DNA of 64,000 nt from assembly GCA_964565925.1 (NCBI GenBank), contig CAZMGV010000001.1:430618-494617 (forward strand), read 5' to 3'. The notes beneath the pieces were generated by a model that worked only from the letters and a program-made list of their open reading frames with translations, was not told where the DNA came from and did not search any database. A program made the position numbers and the translations under genes. The DNA is from an uncultured bacterium. Lineage in GTDB: Bacteria; JAGRBM01; JAHCIT01. This document shows, piece by piece, positions 56,431 through 64,000 of the stretch. Positions within the stretch are counted from its first letter, which is position 1. Each line of letters begins with the position of its first letter.

Positions 56431-56989
56431 AGACCTCGTCGTCATCATTTACGGCTGGCAGGCCTCCAATCCGGGCCACTGGCAATGGTGGATCCACGAG
56501 GAGCTGAAGAAGTGCGGCGTGAACGTGCAGTTTCCGCAGCTCTCCGATCCGTTTCACCCGAAAAAAGACGTCTGGATACGCGAACTGCGCAACCTCGTCG
56601 AACCCCATCCGGGGCCGGTCCACGTTCTCACCCATTCGCTGGGGGTGTGGGCCTCCGACTGGCTGGTAAACGAGACAGACCGGAAGTTCGAATCCGTCCT
56701 GCTGGCGGCGCCGCCGTCGCCGGAAATGTTCTTCGAAGACGTCGAGACGTTCTTCCCGCCGCCGCAGAAGGTGGAGCGGTGGAGGTCGCAGGTGAAGCAC
56801 CGCCAGATGGTCTGCGGCGACGACGACCTGTATATCGAACTGGGCGAACTGGAAAAGCTGGCTAAGAACGTCTTTGACTGCCCGATGAACGTGGTGCCCA
56901 ACGGCGGCCACATCAATATCGATTCGGGGTTCGGACCGTTCCCCTATGCGCTGGAATTTTTGAAGAAGGCGGGCGTGAAGGGGCTTTAG
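56423..56989 (+). CDS. RBBP9/YdeN-family serine hydrolase
   Basis: About 188 aa alpha/beta hydrolase with HSLG nucleophile and the YdeN-like layout. Overlaps the hemB stop. Confidence 0.55.
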   Translation: MAEDLVVIIYGWQASNPGHWQWWIHEELKKCGVNVQFPQLSDPFHPKKDVWIRELRNLVEPHPGPVHVLTHSLGVWASDWLVNETDRKFESVLLAAPPSPEMFFEDVETFFPPPQKVERWRSQVKHRQMVCGDDDLYIELGELEKLAKNVFDCPMNVVPNGGHINIDSGFGPFPYALEFLKKAGVKGL

Positions 56990-57021
56990 CGGCTTCCGCG
57001 GTGGTCTTTAGCCCCGCCCGT

Positions 57022-57438
57022 CTACCTGTCCCCTGCTCCCACGGTCTTCAGCCAGATTCCGGCCGCGAGCCCCCAGACCAGGTTGAAGAAGATCACGAAC
57101 ACCGGCGTGAGCGTCCCCAGTTCGAACCCCAGGAACCCTTTTCCCTGCTGAAACGGGAAGAAGTAGAGCAGCGTGGCGATGGTCGGCCCGAAGCTCATCA
57201 CCAGCCCTTTAACGATCACCGACCCTCCGCCCACCGGAAAGAGGAACAGCATTCCCCACATTCCGCCCCAGACGATCCGGGGGTAGAGCCAGCCGGCCGA
57301 CAGCGGCGGGGCCATGTGGACGCCCATCGAGGCGGTGATCCCCTTCCAGCCGAAGAACCAGACGACGAGGCTGTTAATAAGTGCGCCAACGGCGCCGGCC
57401 GTGAAACAGTGGGACAGTTCGGTGATAAATTTCTTCAT
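57022..57438 (-). CDS. small integral membrane protein (four predicted TM helices)
   Basis: Hydrophobic throughout. No recognised family. Confidence 0.4.
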   Translation of the reverse strand: MKKFITELSHCFTAGAVGALINSLVVWFFGWKGITASMGVHMAPPLSAGWLYPRIVWGGMWGMLFLFPVGGGSVIVKGLVMSFGPTIATLLYFFPFQQGKGFLGFELGTLTPVFVIFFNLVWGLAAGIWLKTVGAGDR

Positions 57439-57488
57439 GGATTAAATAAGGAGTCCTGGTAAGCGCCTGGCAGCGAACGTGGTTCCGG

Positions 57489-57851
57489 TCAGCCGATCCC
57501 GAGCAGTTGCGCGGCGCGGGTTTTGAGGTCCGCGGGGCTGTAGGGTTTTGCCAGATAGCCGTCGGCGCCCGCTTTCGTCGCCTCTTTCTCGTCGCCGGTG
57601 GCGGTGAGAATCAGGACCGGAATGTGTTTCGTTTCGGGATCATTCTTGATGGCCCGCGTGGCGTCATAGCCGTTGACCTTGGGCATACCTACATCCATTA
57701 TAATCAGATCGGGATTGGCCGAGCGGGCCATTGAGATAGCCTCGCTGCCATCGGTCGCTTCCAGGAAATCCACATCAAGCGACCTGAGCGAATTCCGGAT
57801 CAGCTTCGAAAGGGTCTCGAAATCTTCTGCTATGAGAATCCGTTTTTTCAC
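57489..57851 (-). CDS. single-domain response regulator (CheY-like receiver)
   Basis: ILIAEDFE...DLIIMDVGMP...LILTA...K receiver motifs. 120 aa with no output domain. Confidence 0.75.
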   Translation of the reverse strand: MKKRILIAEDFETLSKLIRNSLRSLDVDFLEATDGSEAISMARSANPDLIIMDVGMPKVNGYDATRAIKNDPETKHIPVLILTATGDEKEATKAGADGYLAKPYSPADLKTRAAQLLGIG

Positions 57852-57924
57852 GGTTACCCCGTCAAGCCCGTTTGCCCAAGGCTACCACGTAGGTTCGTGG
57901 CGGCAACCCGTCCTCGCCCTGTTC

Positions 57925-59019
57925 GTGCTGATTTCACTCTCGTTCGGCGCCGCCTGCGTGCCGAAGACGCAGCTTCAGCCGGCACTCGCCGATCCTGACG
58001 CTCTGGTCGCCGACGGCCGCCTCTACGACGCCATCGTTCTGCTTCAGAACCATCCGGAGCTCCAGGATTCCGCCGCCAAGACTCAGAAGATCGAAGGCAT
58101 GCTGTCCCGCGAAGTGAAAACCCGCGTCGCGACCGCCGACGGGCTCGCCCAGAAGGGCCGCCTGGCCGAAGCGATCCGGCTCTACCGCGAAGCGATGAAG
58201 TTCGACCCGCGCCGCCAGGATCTCGTGGAACCCGTCTCCAAGCTGAACGCCGAGCTCGATTCCCGCCGGACCAACCTCTTCTCGGTCCTCAACACCCAGA
58301 TGGCGGCCAAAAGCTACCCCGACTCGCACACGACGCTCCTCAAGCTCGAACGGCTCGACCCCTTCAGCGACGACATCGGCAACAAGCTGAACGACGTGGA
58401 ATCACGGCTGTCCGCGCAATACGCCAAGGATATGGAACAGGGCGTGGACCTGTACAAGAAGCGCGAATATTCAAAGGCGCTCGCTGTCTTCAACCGCGTG
58501 CTGAGCGTGTGGCCCGAGCACCCGCAGGCGATCAACTACCGCGACCGCATCAGGGAACTTTTCGCCGAATCGGCGAAAGTGAAGCCCTCGAAGGTGGCGA
58601 AAGCGGGCTCCGGAAAGACCGCCAAGGGCGGAGCCTCCACCTCGTCATCCGACGAACCGGTGCAGGTTTCCGTCGACCAGATCGCAACGGTCCGCATGAC
58701 CGAAGCGGCGATGTTCTTGAACAAGGGCGACCCGGCCAAGGCGCTCGAACGCTATAACAAGGTGCTGGACCTGCAGCCCAACAACCCCGAAGCCATCAAG
58801 GGCCGCCAGACCGCCATCGCCAAGATCGGCCGCAGCACGGAAGACCTTTTCCGCGAAGGCGTCGGCTTTTACCGCAACGAGCAGCTCGACAAGGCCATCG
58901 ACCGCTGGAACCTGGTGCTGCTCATCGATCCGACCCACGACCGCGCCCAGAAATACCTGGAGCGCGCCCAGCGGCTCCTCGAGAAGTTCAAGGAAGTCAC
59001 GACACCGGGCGCCGGCTGA
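57925..59019 (+). CDS. TPR-repeat protein, probably exported
   Basis: Multiple TPR-like repeats (AEAIRLYREAMKFDP, KALAVFNRVLSVWPEHPQA, KALERYNKVLDLQPNNPEA). GTG start chosen to avoid overlap with the divergent regulator. The ORF opens at 57673. Confidence 0.5.
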   Translation: MLISLSFGAACVPKTQLQPALADPDALVADGRLYDAIVLLQNHPELQDSAAKTQKIEGMLSREVKTRVATADGLAQKGRLAEAIRLYREAMKFDPRRQDLVEPVSKLNAELDSRRTNLFSVLNTQMAAKSYPDSHTTLLKLERLDPFSDDIGNKLNDVESRLSAQYAKDMEQGVDLYKKREYSKALAVFNRVLSVWPEHPQAINYRDRIRELFAESAKVKPSKVAKAGSGKTAKGGASTSSSDEPVQVSVDQIATVRMTEAAMFLNKGDPAKALERYNKVLDLQPNNPEAIKGRQTAIAKIGRSTEDLFREGVGFYRNEQLDKAIDRWNLVLLIDPTHDRAQKYLERAQRLLEKFKEVTTPGAG

Positions 59020-59229
59020 CCGGGAATCCCAAAAACCGGGGCCGTTTGGTCCGGCGGCTCCGCTCAGGCTGAGCGGCAGAGGCAGCCCCGGTTCCTTTGC
59101 AGTCCATCCCCTTCCCCCCGGCCCCTACCCCGTCTACGCTGACGCCCGTGTCAGTATATGTGTCCGCCTGCGGCGGGCGTATGCGGACCTGCAGCGAATG
59201 ACTTTCGATTGACCGAGGGGGAATTTTCC

Positions 59230-60201
59230 ATGGCACTGATCGTACCCGAGAGCTACCAGCCTGACGATGACCGGACCCACGAACCGGGGCCCGAGTCCAA
59301 CTACAACGAGTCGATGTATTTCAACTTCTACGACCGCAAGCAGCGGATCGGAGGCTGGTTCCGCCTGGGCAACCGGGTGAACGAAGGCTACGCGGAGATG
59401 ACCTGCACGGTGTATCTTCCGAACGGTCACGTCCTGTTCAAGTACGACCGCCCGGCCATCACGACGAACCGCGAATACAACGCGGGCGGCATGAAGTTCG
59501 AAACGCCGGTCCCGTGGAAGCACCAGACGATCACCTATTCCGGCAAGCTCCACCGGCTCCTGAAACCGCTCGACATGGTCGACCCGAAGAAGGCCTTGAG
59601 CGAATCGGAGCGGATCCCGGTCGAGCTGAAGCTGGATGTGAAGGGGTGGAGCCATATCCACCGCTCCGACCCGGCCGAAACCGCGGCCAGGAAAATGGAT
59701 TTCTACAAGGAACATTACGAGCAGCACTGCGCCGTGACGGGCACGATCACGTTCGACGGCAAGACGATCAGCCTCGACGGACTCGGGCTGCGCGACCACT
59801 CGTGGGGTCCCCGCTACTGGCAGGGCCCGCGCTGGTACCGCTGGTACACGATGGACTACGCCCCCGATTTCGGCGGCATGATCACCGTGCTCTGCTACCC
59901 GGACGGTTCGGTCCGCCGCTACGGCAAGATGTTCAAGGGCGACAAGGAATACACCGTCACGAACTTCACCGAAGAAGAGACCTGGGACAGAGACGGTCCC
60001 GAAAAGATCGTCACCGGATTCCGCCTGAAGGTGGAGAGCACCATGGGCCCCTTCACCGTGGACGGCAAGGTGATGCACATGCTTCCGCTCCGTAACCGCC
60101 GCGAAGGCAAGGTCACCCGGATCACCGAGGGCATGACCGAGTTCCGGATCGGCGATCAGGTGGGCTACGGGCTGGCGGAGTATCTGGACCAGATGGCCTG
60201 A
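59230..60201 (+). CDS. hypothetical protein, possibly CrtC/AttH-like lipocalin-fold hydratase family
   Basis: Trp/Tyr-rich beta protein (RDHSWGPRYWQGPRWYRWY). 19 nt upstream of a fatty-acid hydroxylase gene. Family assignment is tentative. Confidence 0.45.
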   Translation: MALIVPESYQPDDDRTHEPGPESNYNESMYFNFYDRKQRIGGWFRLGNRVNEGYAEMTCTVYLPNGHVLFKYDRPAITTNREYNAGGMKFETPVPWKHQTITYSGKLHRLLKPLDMVDPKKALSESERIPVELKLDVKGWSHIHRSDPAETAARKMDFYKEHYEQHCAVTGTITFDGKTISLDGLGLRDHSWGPRYWQGPRWYRWYTMDYAPDFGGMITVLCYPDGSVRRYGKMFKGDKEYTVTNFTEEETWDRDGPEKIVTGFRLKVESTMGPFTVDGKVMHMLPLRNRREGKVTRITEGMTEFRIGDQVGYGLAEYLDQMA

Positions 60202-60219
60202 GACGGTTCATCCTGTGGA

Positions 60220-61005
60220 ATGACCGCCGAAGTCACCGTCCGTCTGGTTTCGTTCCTTGCGATTTTCGCAACGGTCGTCGCCGCGGAACGGCTCTCCCCC
60301 CGTCGCAGTGCGCCGGTGAAGGACCGCTGGTTCACGAACCTGGGACTCACGGCGCTTAACGCGGCGATCCTGCGGGCCCTTCCTTCGTATACCGCCTACG
60401 CGGCGGCGCTCTCGGCGGAAGGCCTGCACGCGGGGCTGTTCCGCTGGCTGGAACTGCCCCCGTCCGTACAAGTGGTTCTATCGCTCGTCATTCTCGACCT
60501 CGCGATCTACTTCCAGCACCGCCTGTTCCACGCCGTGCCTGCGCTCTGGAATCTCCACAAGGTCCACCACGCCGACACGGCCATCGACGCGACCACGGGC
60601 CTCCGGTTTCACCCGGCGGAAATTATCCTGTCGATGGCGATCAAGGCCGGGATCGTCTGGATCATCGGTGCGTCGCCGATTGCTGTGGTTATTTTCGAAG
60701 TGATCCTGAACGGCTGCTCCGTCTTCAATCACGGTAACTTCCGCTGGCCTGACTGGCTCGAACGGCCGGTCCGCGCCCTGCTCGTAACGCCGGACATGCA
60801 CCGGATCCACCATTCAAAGGATCATCTGGAGATGAACTCCAATTTCGGGTTTTCCGTCCCGTGGTGGGACCGGCTGTGTGGCACCTACCGGAAAGAGCCA
60901 GGAAACGGTCAGATCGGCATGGAAATCGGCCTTTCCGGCTACCCCGCCCCGCTCTCGCTCCTGCAGGCGATCGAACTCCCCTTCCGGGCCGGATACCGCC
61001 GCTAA
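60220..61005 (+). CDS. fatty acid hydroxylase superfamily / sterol desaturase-family membrane enzyme
   Basis: His boxes HRLFH, HKVHH and HRIHH in a four-TM scaffold. Confidence 0.7.
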   Translation: MTAEVTVRLVSFLAIFATVVAAERLSPRRSAPVKDRWFTNLGLTALNAAILRALPSYTAYAAALSAEGLHAGLFRWLELPPSVQVVLSLVILDLAIYFQHRLFHAVPALWNLHKVHHADTAIDATTGLRFHPAEIILSMAIKAGIVWIIGASPIAVVIFEVILNGCSVFNHGNFRWPDWLERPVRALLVTPDMHRIHHSKDHLEMNSNFGFSVPWWDRLCGTYRKEPGNGQIGMEIGLSGYPAPLSLLQAIELPFRAGYRR

Positions 61006-61071
61006 TACCTTCGTCGCCGATACATTTGCCGGCGCCCTTGCCCGCCGCCGGATCGTCACCATTTTAAAGGC

Positions 61072-61686
61072 ATGATCGAGGAACAGATCATATCCCGCGG
61101 CGTGAAAGACCCCCGCGTGCTGGCGGCACTCGAAAAGGTGCCCCGCCATGAATTTGTGCCCGAGAAGCACCGCTCGGCCGCCTACTCGGACCATCCGCTC
61201 CCGATCGGCATGGACCAGACCATCAGCCAGCCCTATATCGTCGCGCTCATGTCGGAACTGGCGGAGGCGGCGCCGGGCCGGAAGATTCTCGAGATCGGCA
61301 CCGGCTCCGGATACCAGACCGCCGTGCTGGCCGAGATGGGTGCCGAGGTATATTCGATCGAGATCATCCCGGAACTCGCCCAGCGGGCCAGAATCATCCT
61401 CGACCGCATGGGCTATACAGCCGTTCACTCCCGGCAGGGCGACGGCTACGCGGGCTGGCCCGAGGCCGCTCCGTTCGATGCAATCATCATTACGGCCGCA
61501 CCGCCGAAGATCCCCGTGCCGCTCCTCGGACAGCTCAAGACCGGCGGCAAGCTGGTCACTCCCGAAGGGGACGAATGGCAGGAACTGGTGGTGGTCACCC
61601 GTACGGGTGAAACCAGTTACGAGCGCAGGCCGGTCATCCCGGTCCGGTTTGTGCCCATGACGGGCGAGGCTCAGCGGGCGCGGTAG
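61072..61686 (+). CDS. pcm: protein-L-isoaspartate O-methyltransferase
   Basis: [24 protein letters not shown] (motif I) and [12 protein letters not shown] are PCMT signatures. Confidence 0.85.
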   Translation: MIEEQIISRGVKDPRVLAALEKVPRHEFVPEKHRSAAYSDHPLPIGMDQTISQPYIVALMSELAEAAPGRKILEIGTGSGYQTAVLAEMGAEVYSIEIIPELAQRARIILDRMGYTAVHSRQGDGYAGWPEAAPFDAIIITAAPPKIPVPLLGQLKTGGKLVTPEGDEWQELVVVTRTGETSYERRPVIPVRFVPMTGEAQRAR

Positions 61687-62453
61687 CGGTCCTTCACCAG
61701 CGCCGCCCAGTCGTCAAAAACGGTCCGGCCGACCTTCTCCATCTCAGGCAGATATTTCCCGGCGATCCCTGAAATCGAGTCGGCGCCAATTTTCTCCGCT
61801 TTCAGCTCGCTGGCGAACACCTCCGCCATCATGCCGACCTGCTTGCGGTTCACTTCCAGATGGAACTGGAGCGCATAGGCGCTTTTGCCGTAACGGAACG
61901 CCTGGTTCGGAGTCAGCGCCGAATGGGCCAGCCTCACGGCGCCCTTGGGCAGCTCGAACCGGTCGCCGTGCCAGTGAAAGGCCATGAACTTTTTGGGGAC
62001 CTTGCTGAAAATCGGATCGGCCGTTCCGCCGGCATCGAGCTGTACCGGGTACCAGCCGATCTCCTTCTTCGGTCCGGGTTTCACGTCGCCTGCAAGCGCC
62101 CCCGCCATGAGCTGCGCCCCCAGGCACACGCCCAGCACCGGAATGTCCTGCGCCACGGCCGACTCGATCAGCTTCATCTCGTCTTTCAGATATTTGAACT
62201 TGTCCGATTCATAGACACCCATCGGCCCGCCCATGATCACGACACCGGCAATGCCGTCCGGCGGCGACTGCGGAACGGCGTCCTTCCAGGTCGCTACAAG
62301 TTTCGCCCCGATCCGGGCGCGCGAAAGCGCATCGCTGATCGTGCCTGGGTTTTCGCAGGAGATGTGCTGCAGGACGAGCACTTCGGGCTTGGGCTGCGCC
62401 GGCGCCTTCGCTGTCTTTGCGGGCCTGGCGGGCGGTTTTTGCTTCGAGGGCAT
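61671..62453 (-). CDS. class I glutamine amidotransferase-like protein
   Basis: GVCLGAQL catalytic Cys elbow and the HxE end (FHLE). Start at MPSKQ. The ORF extends to 62513. Confidence 0.6.
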   Translation of the reverse strand: MPSKQKPPARPAKTAKAPAQPKPEVLVLQHISCENPGTISDALSRARIGAKLVATWKDAVPQSPPDGIAGVVIMGGPMGVYESDKFKYLKDEMKLIESAVAQDIPVLGVCLGAQLMAGALAGDVKPGPKKEIGWYPVQLDAGGTADPIFSKVPKKFMAFHWHGDRFELPKGAVRLAHSALTPNQAFRYGKSAYALQFHLEVNRKQVGMMAEVFASELKAEKIGADSISGIAGKYLPEMEKVGRTVFDDWAALVKDRYRAR

Positions 62454-62701
62454 CGGGCGGACCTCCGGAGCCGTGACTATAGCCGGTCCTGACCGGGTCT
62501 TCAGCGGACACAAACCGGGGAAATTCCAGGGTTGACTCGACCGTCAGAATTCATCTTATTCCATAATAATATCAGCATCTTATAAATTGATCATTGACTT
62601 ATATTACTTTGTAATACAAATTAATACCCATCGAGGCGCCGGAGGCCATTCAAGTTACCCCGGCAGCCCAAAATCCAAAGGGACCACAGAAGGGAACCCA
62701 C

Positions 62702-63955
62702 ATGCAAACCGAAACCATTAACACCCAGATCAAGGACAACCCCGCACCGATTTCAGCCGGCGCGGTGGGCTTGGCCTCAAACCCCCAGCCGGCCGCTTCC
62801 GCTGCCGCCACCAACCCTGCCGATAGCACCACCGCACCGCGCTGGGCCTCTGATGAAGAGCGCCTGCGCAAGTTCGGCGAAGCCATCGACGCGATCCGCA
62901 CGAAGATCGAGGCGAAGATCGGCGAAGAGGACGTCCACTACATCAAGCGGGTGGACGCTTTCTCCCGCACGATGGAAGTCGCCGGGCGGCTGTTGCTCCA
63001 CTTCAGCTTCGAACCGATCACCTGGAGCATGGGCGTCATCGCCCTGTGGCTGCACAAGCAGCTCCAGGCAACCGAGGTCGGCCACACGGCGCTTCACGGC
63101 GCCTTCGACGGACTGCCCAATGCAGAACGCTACCAGTCGGCGACCTTCAAATGGGATGTACCGATCGACGAAGAGGCCTGGCGCTACGGGCACAACATCC
63201 GCCACCACCAGTTCACCAACATCACCGGCAAGGACCCGGACATCCATTTCGGTCCGATCCGCCTGAACGACCAGACGCCGCACAGCGCAGTCAACTACTT
63301 CCAGATCCCGATCATGGCGGTCGTGGCGACCAACTTCGGCTTCGGAATGAACATGCACTTCACCGGCATGACGGACTACTGGGGCGGCACAGGCCGCGAA
63401 GGAAAGTTCGACTTCATCAAGGACCGCTCGTGGGAGACCGCCAAGGACGTCCACAAGAAGGCGTTCCGCAAGTGGATCCCCTACTACGCCAAGAACTACG
63501 TCCTGTTCCCGCTGCTCGCGGGGCCGGGATTCCTGAAAGTGCTGGCCGGGAACGCGCTGGCCGAAGTGATGCGGGACCTCTACTCCGCCGCGACGATCTA
63601 CTGCGGGCACATCGGCGAAGACGTGAAGGACTACCCGGAGGGCACCAAGGCCCGCAACCGCGGCGAGTGGTACGCCATGCAGGTGGACTCGGCCAACAAC
63701 TTCGACGTGCCGCTTCCGGTCTCCATGCTCTGCGGGGCGCTGGACCTGCAGGTGGAACACCACATGTTCCCCAAGTTCCCCACCAACCGGCTGCGCGAAG
63801 CCGCGCCGCAGGTAAAAAAAGTCTGCGAGGAATACGGCGTGAACTACAAGACCGACACCTGGCCCGGCACGCTCAAGAAGGTCATGAGCCGGCTCTGGCA
63901 GCTCAGCTTCCCGGACAAGAAGTCCGCCGAAGCGGAGCAGCGCCTCGCCGCCTGA
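62702..63955 (+). CDS. membrane fatty-acid desaturase (acyl-CoA/acyl-lipid, DesA3-like)
   Basis: His boxes HTALHGAF, HNIRHHQFTN and QVEHHMFP. Hydrophobic spans. About 50-aa low-complexity N-terminus. Confidence 0.75.
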   Translation: MQTETINTQIKDNPAPISAGAVGLASNPQPAASAAATNPADSTTAPRWASDEERLRKFGEAIDAIRTKIEAKIGEEDVHYIKRVDAFSRTMEVAGRLLLHFSFEPITWSMGVIALWLHKQLQATEVGHTALHGAFDGLPNAERYQSATFKWDVPIDEEAWRYGHNIRHHQFTNITGKDPDIHFGPIRLNDQTPHSAVNYFQIPIMAVVATNFGFGMNMHFTGMTDYWGGTGREGKFDFIKDRSWETAKDVHKKAFRKWIPYYAKNYVLFPLLAGPGFLKVLAGNALAEVMRDLYSAATIYCGHIGEDVKDYPEGTKARNRGEWYAMQVDSANNFDVPLPVSMLCGALDLQVEHHMFPKFPTNRLREAAPQVKKVCEEYGVNYKTDTWPGTLKKVMSRLWQLSFPDKKSAEAEQRLAA

Positions 63956-64000
63956 ATCCCGTTTGACGCTCGCCTGGATCAAGTAACCAGCAGGCAAAAA

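Overview
This is a 64-kb, roughly 64% GC chromosomal segment from a Gram-negative bacterium. Most of it is gene-dense core genome. The clearest conserved blocks are rplU-rpmA-obg-proB-proA-rsfS-rlmH, dusB(nifR3)-ntrB-ntrC, ilvBN, cyaY, moaC plus a full-length cobalamin-dependent metH, mnmG, hemB and pcm. Four toxin-antitoxin modules are interspersed: VapBC-like, MazEF, HicBA and MntA/HepT. There is also a KirBac-type K+ channel, an ECF41-type sigma factor and a GGDEF cyclase. Lipid-modifying enzymes are unusually frequent: two fatty-acid desaturases, two sterol-desaturase/fatty-acid-hydroxylase family proteins, a PlsC-like acyltransferase and a DAGK-like lipid kinase. The accessory or anomalous parts are: (i) an ORF-free, highly structured region of about 1.3 kb at 18.2-19.5 kb, upstream of a 9-kb co-directional minus-strand lipid/membrane gene string, containing phased CCTAAATG repeats and nested perfect helices; (ii) a low-GC (about 47%) 2-kb island at 31.6-33.5 kb encoding a membrane pentapeptide-repeat protein and two small unknown ORFs, with a perfect palindrome on the first start codon; (iii) an MBL-fold hydrolase gene flanked by about 42-bp direct repeats, one of which is a duplicated GGDEF C-terminal fragment; (iv) RsfS carrying a histone-H1-like KPA-repeat N-terminal extension. 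I found no rRNA or CRISPR array, and no convincing tRNA, integrase or transposase.
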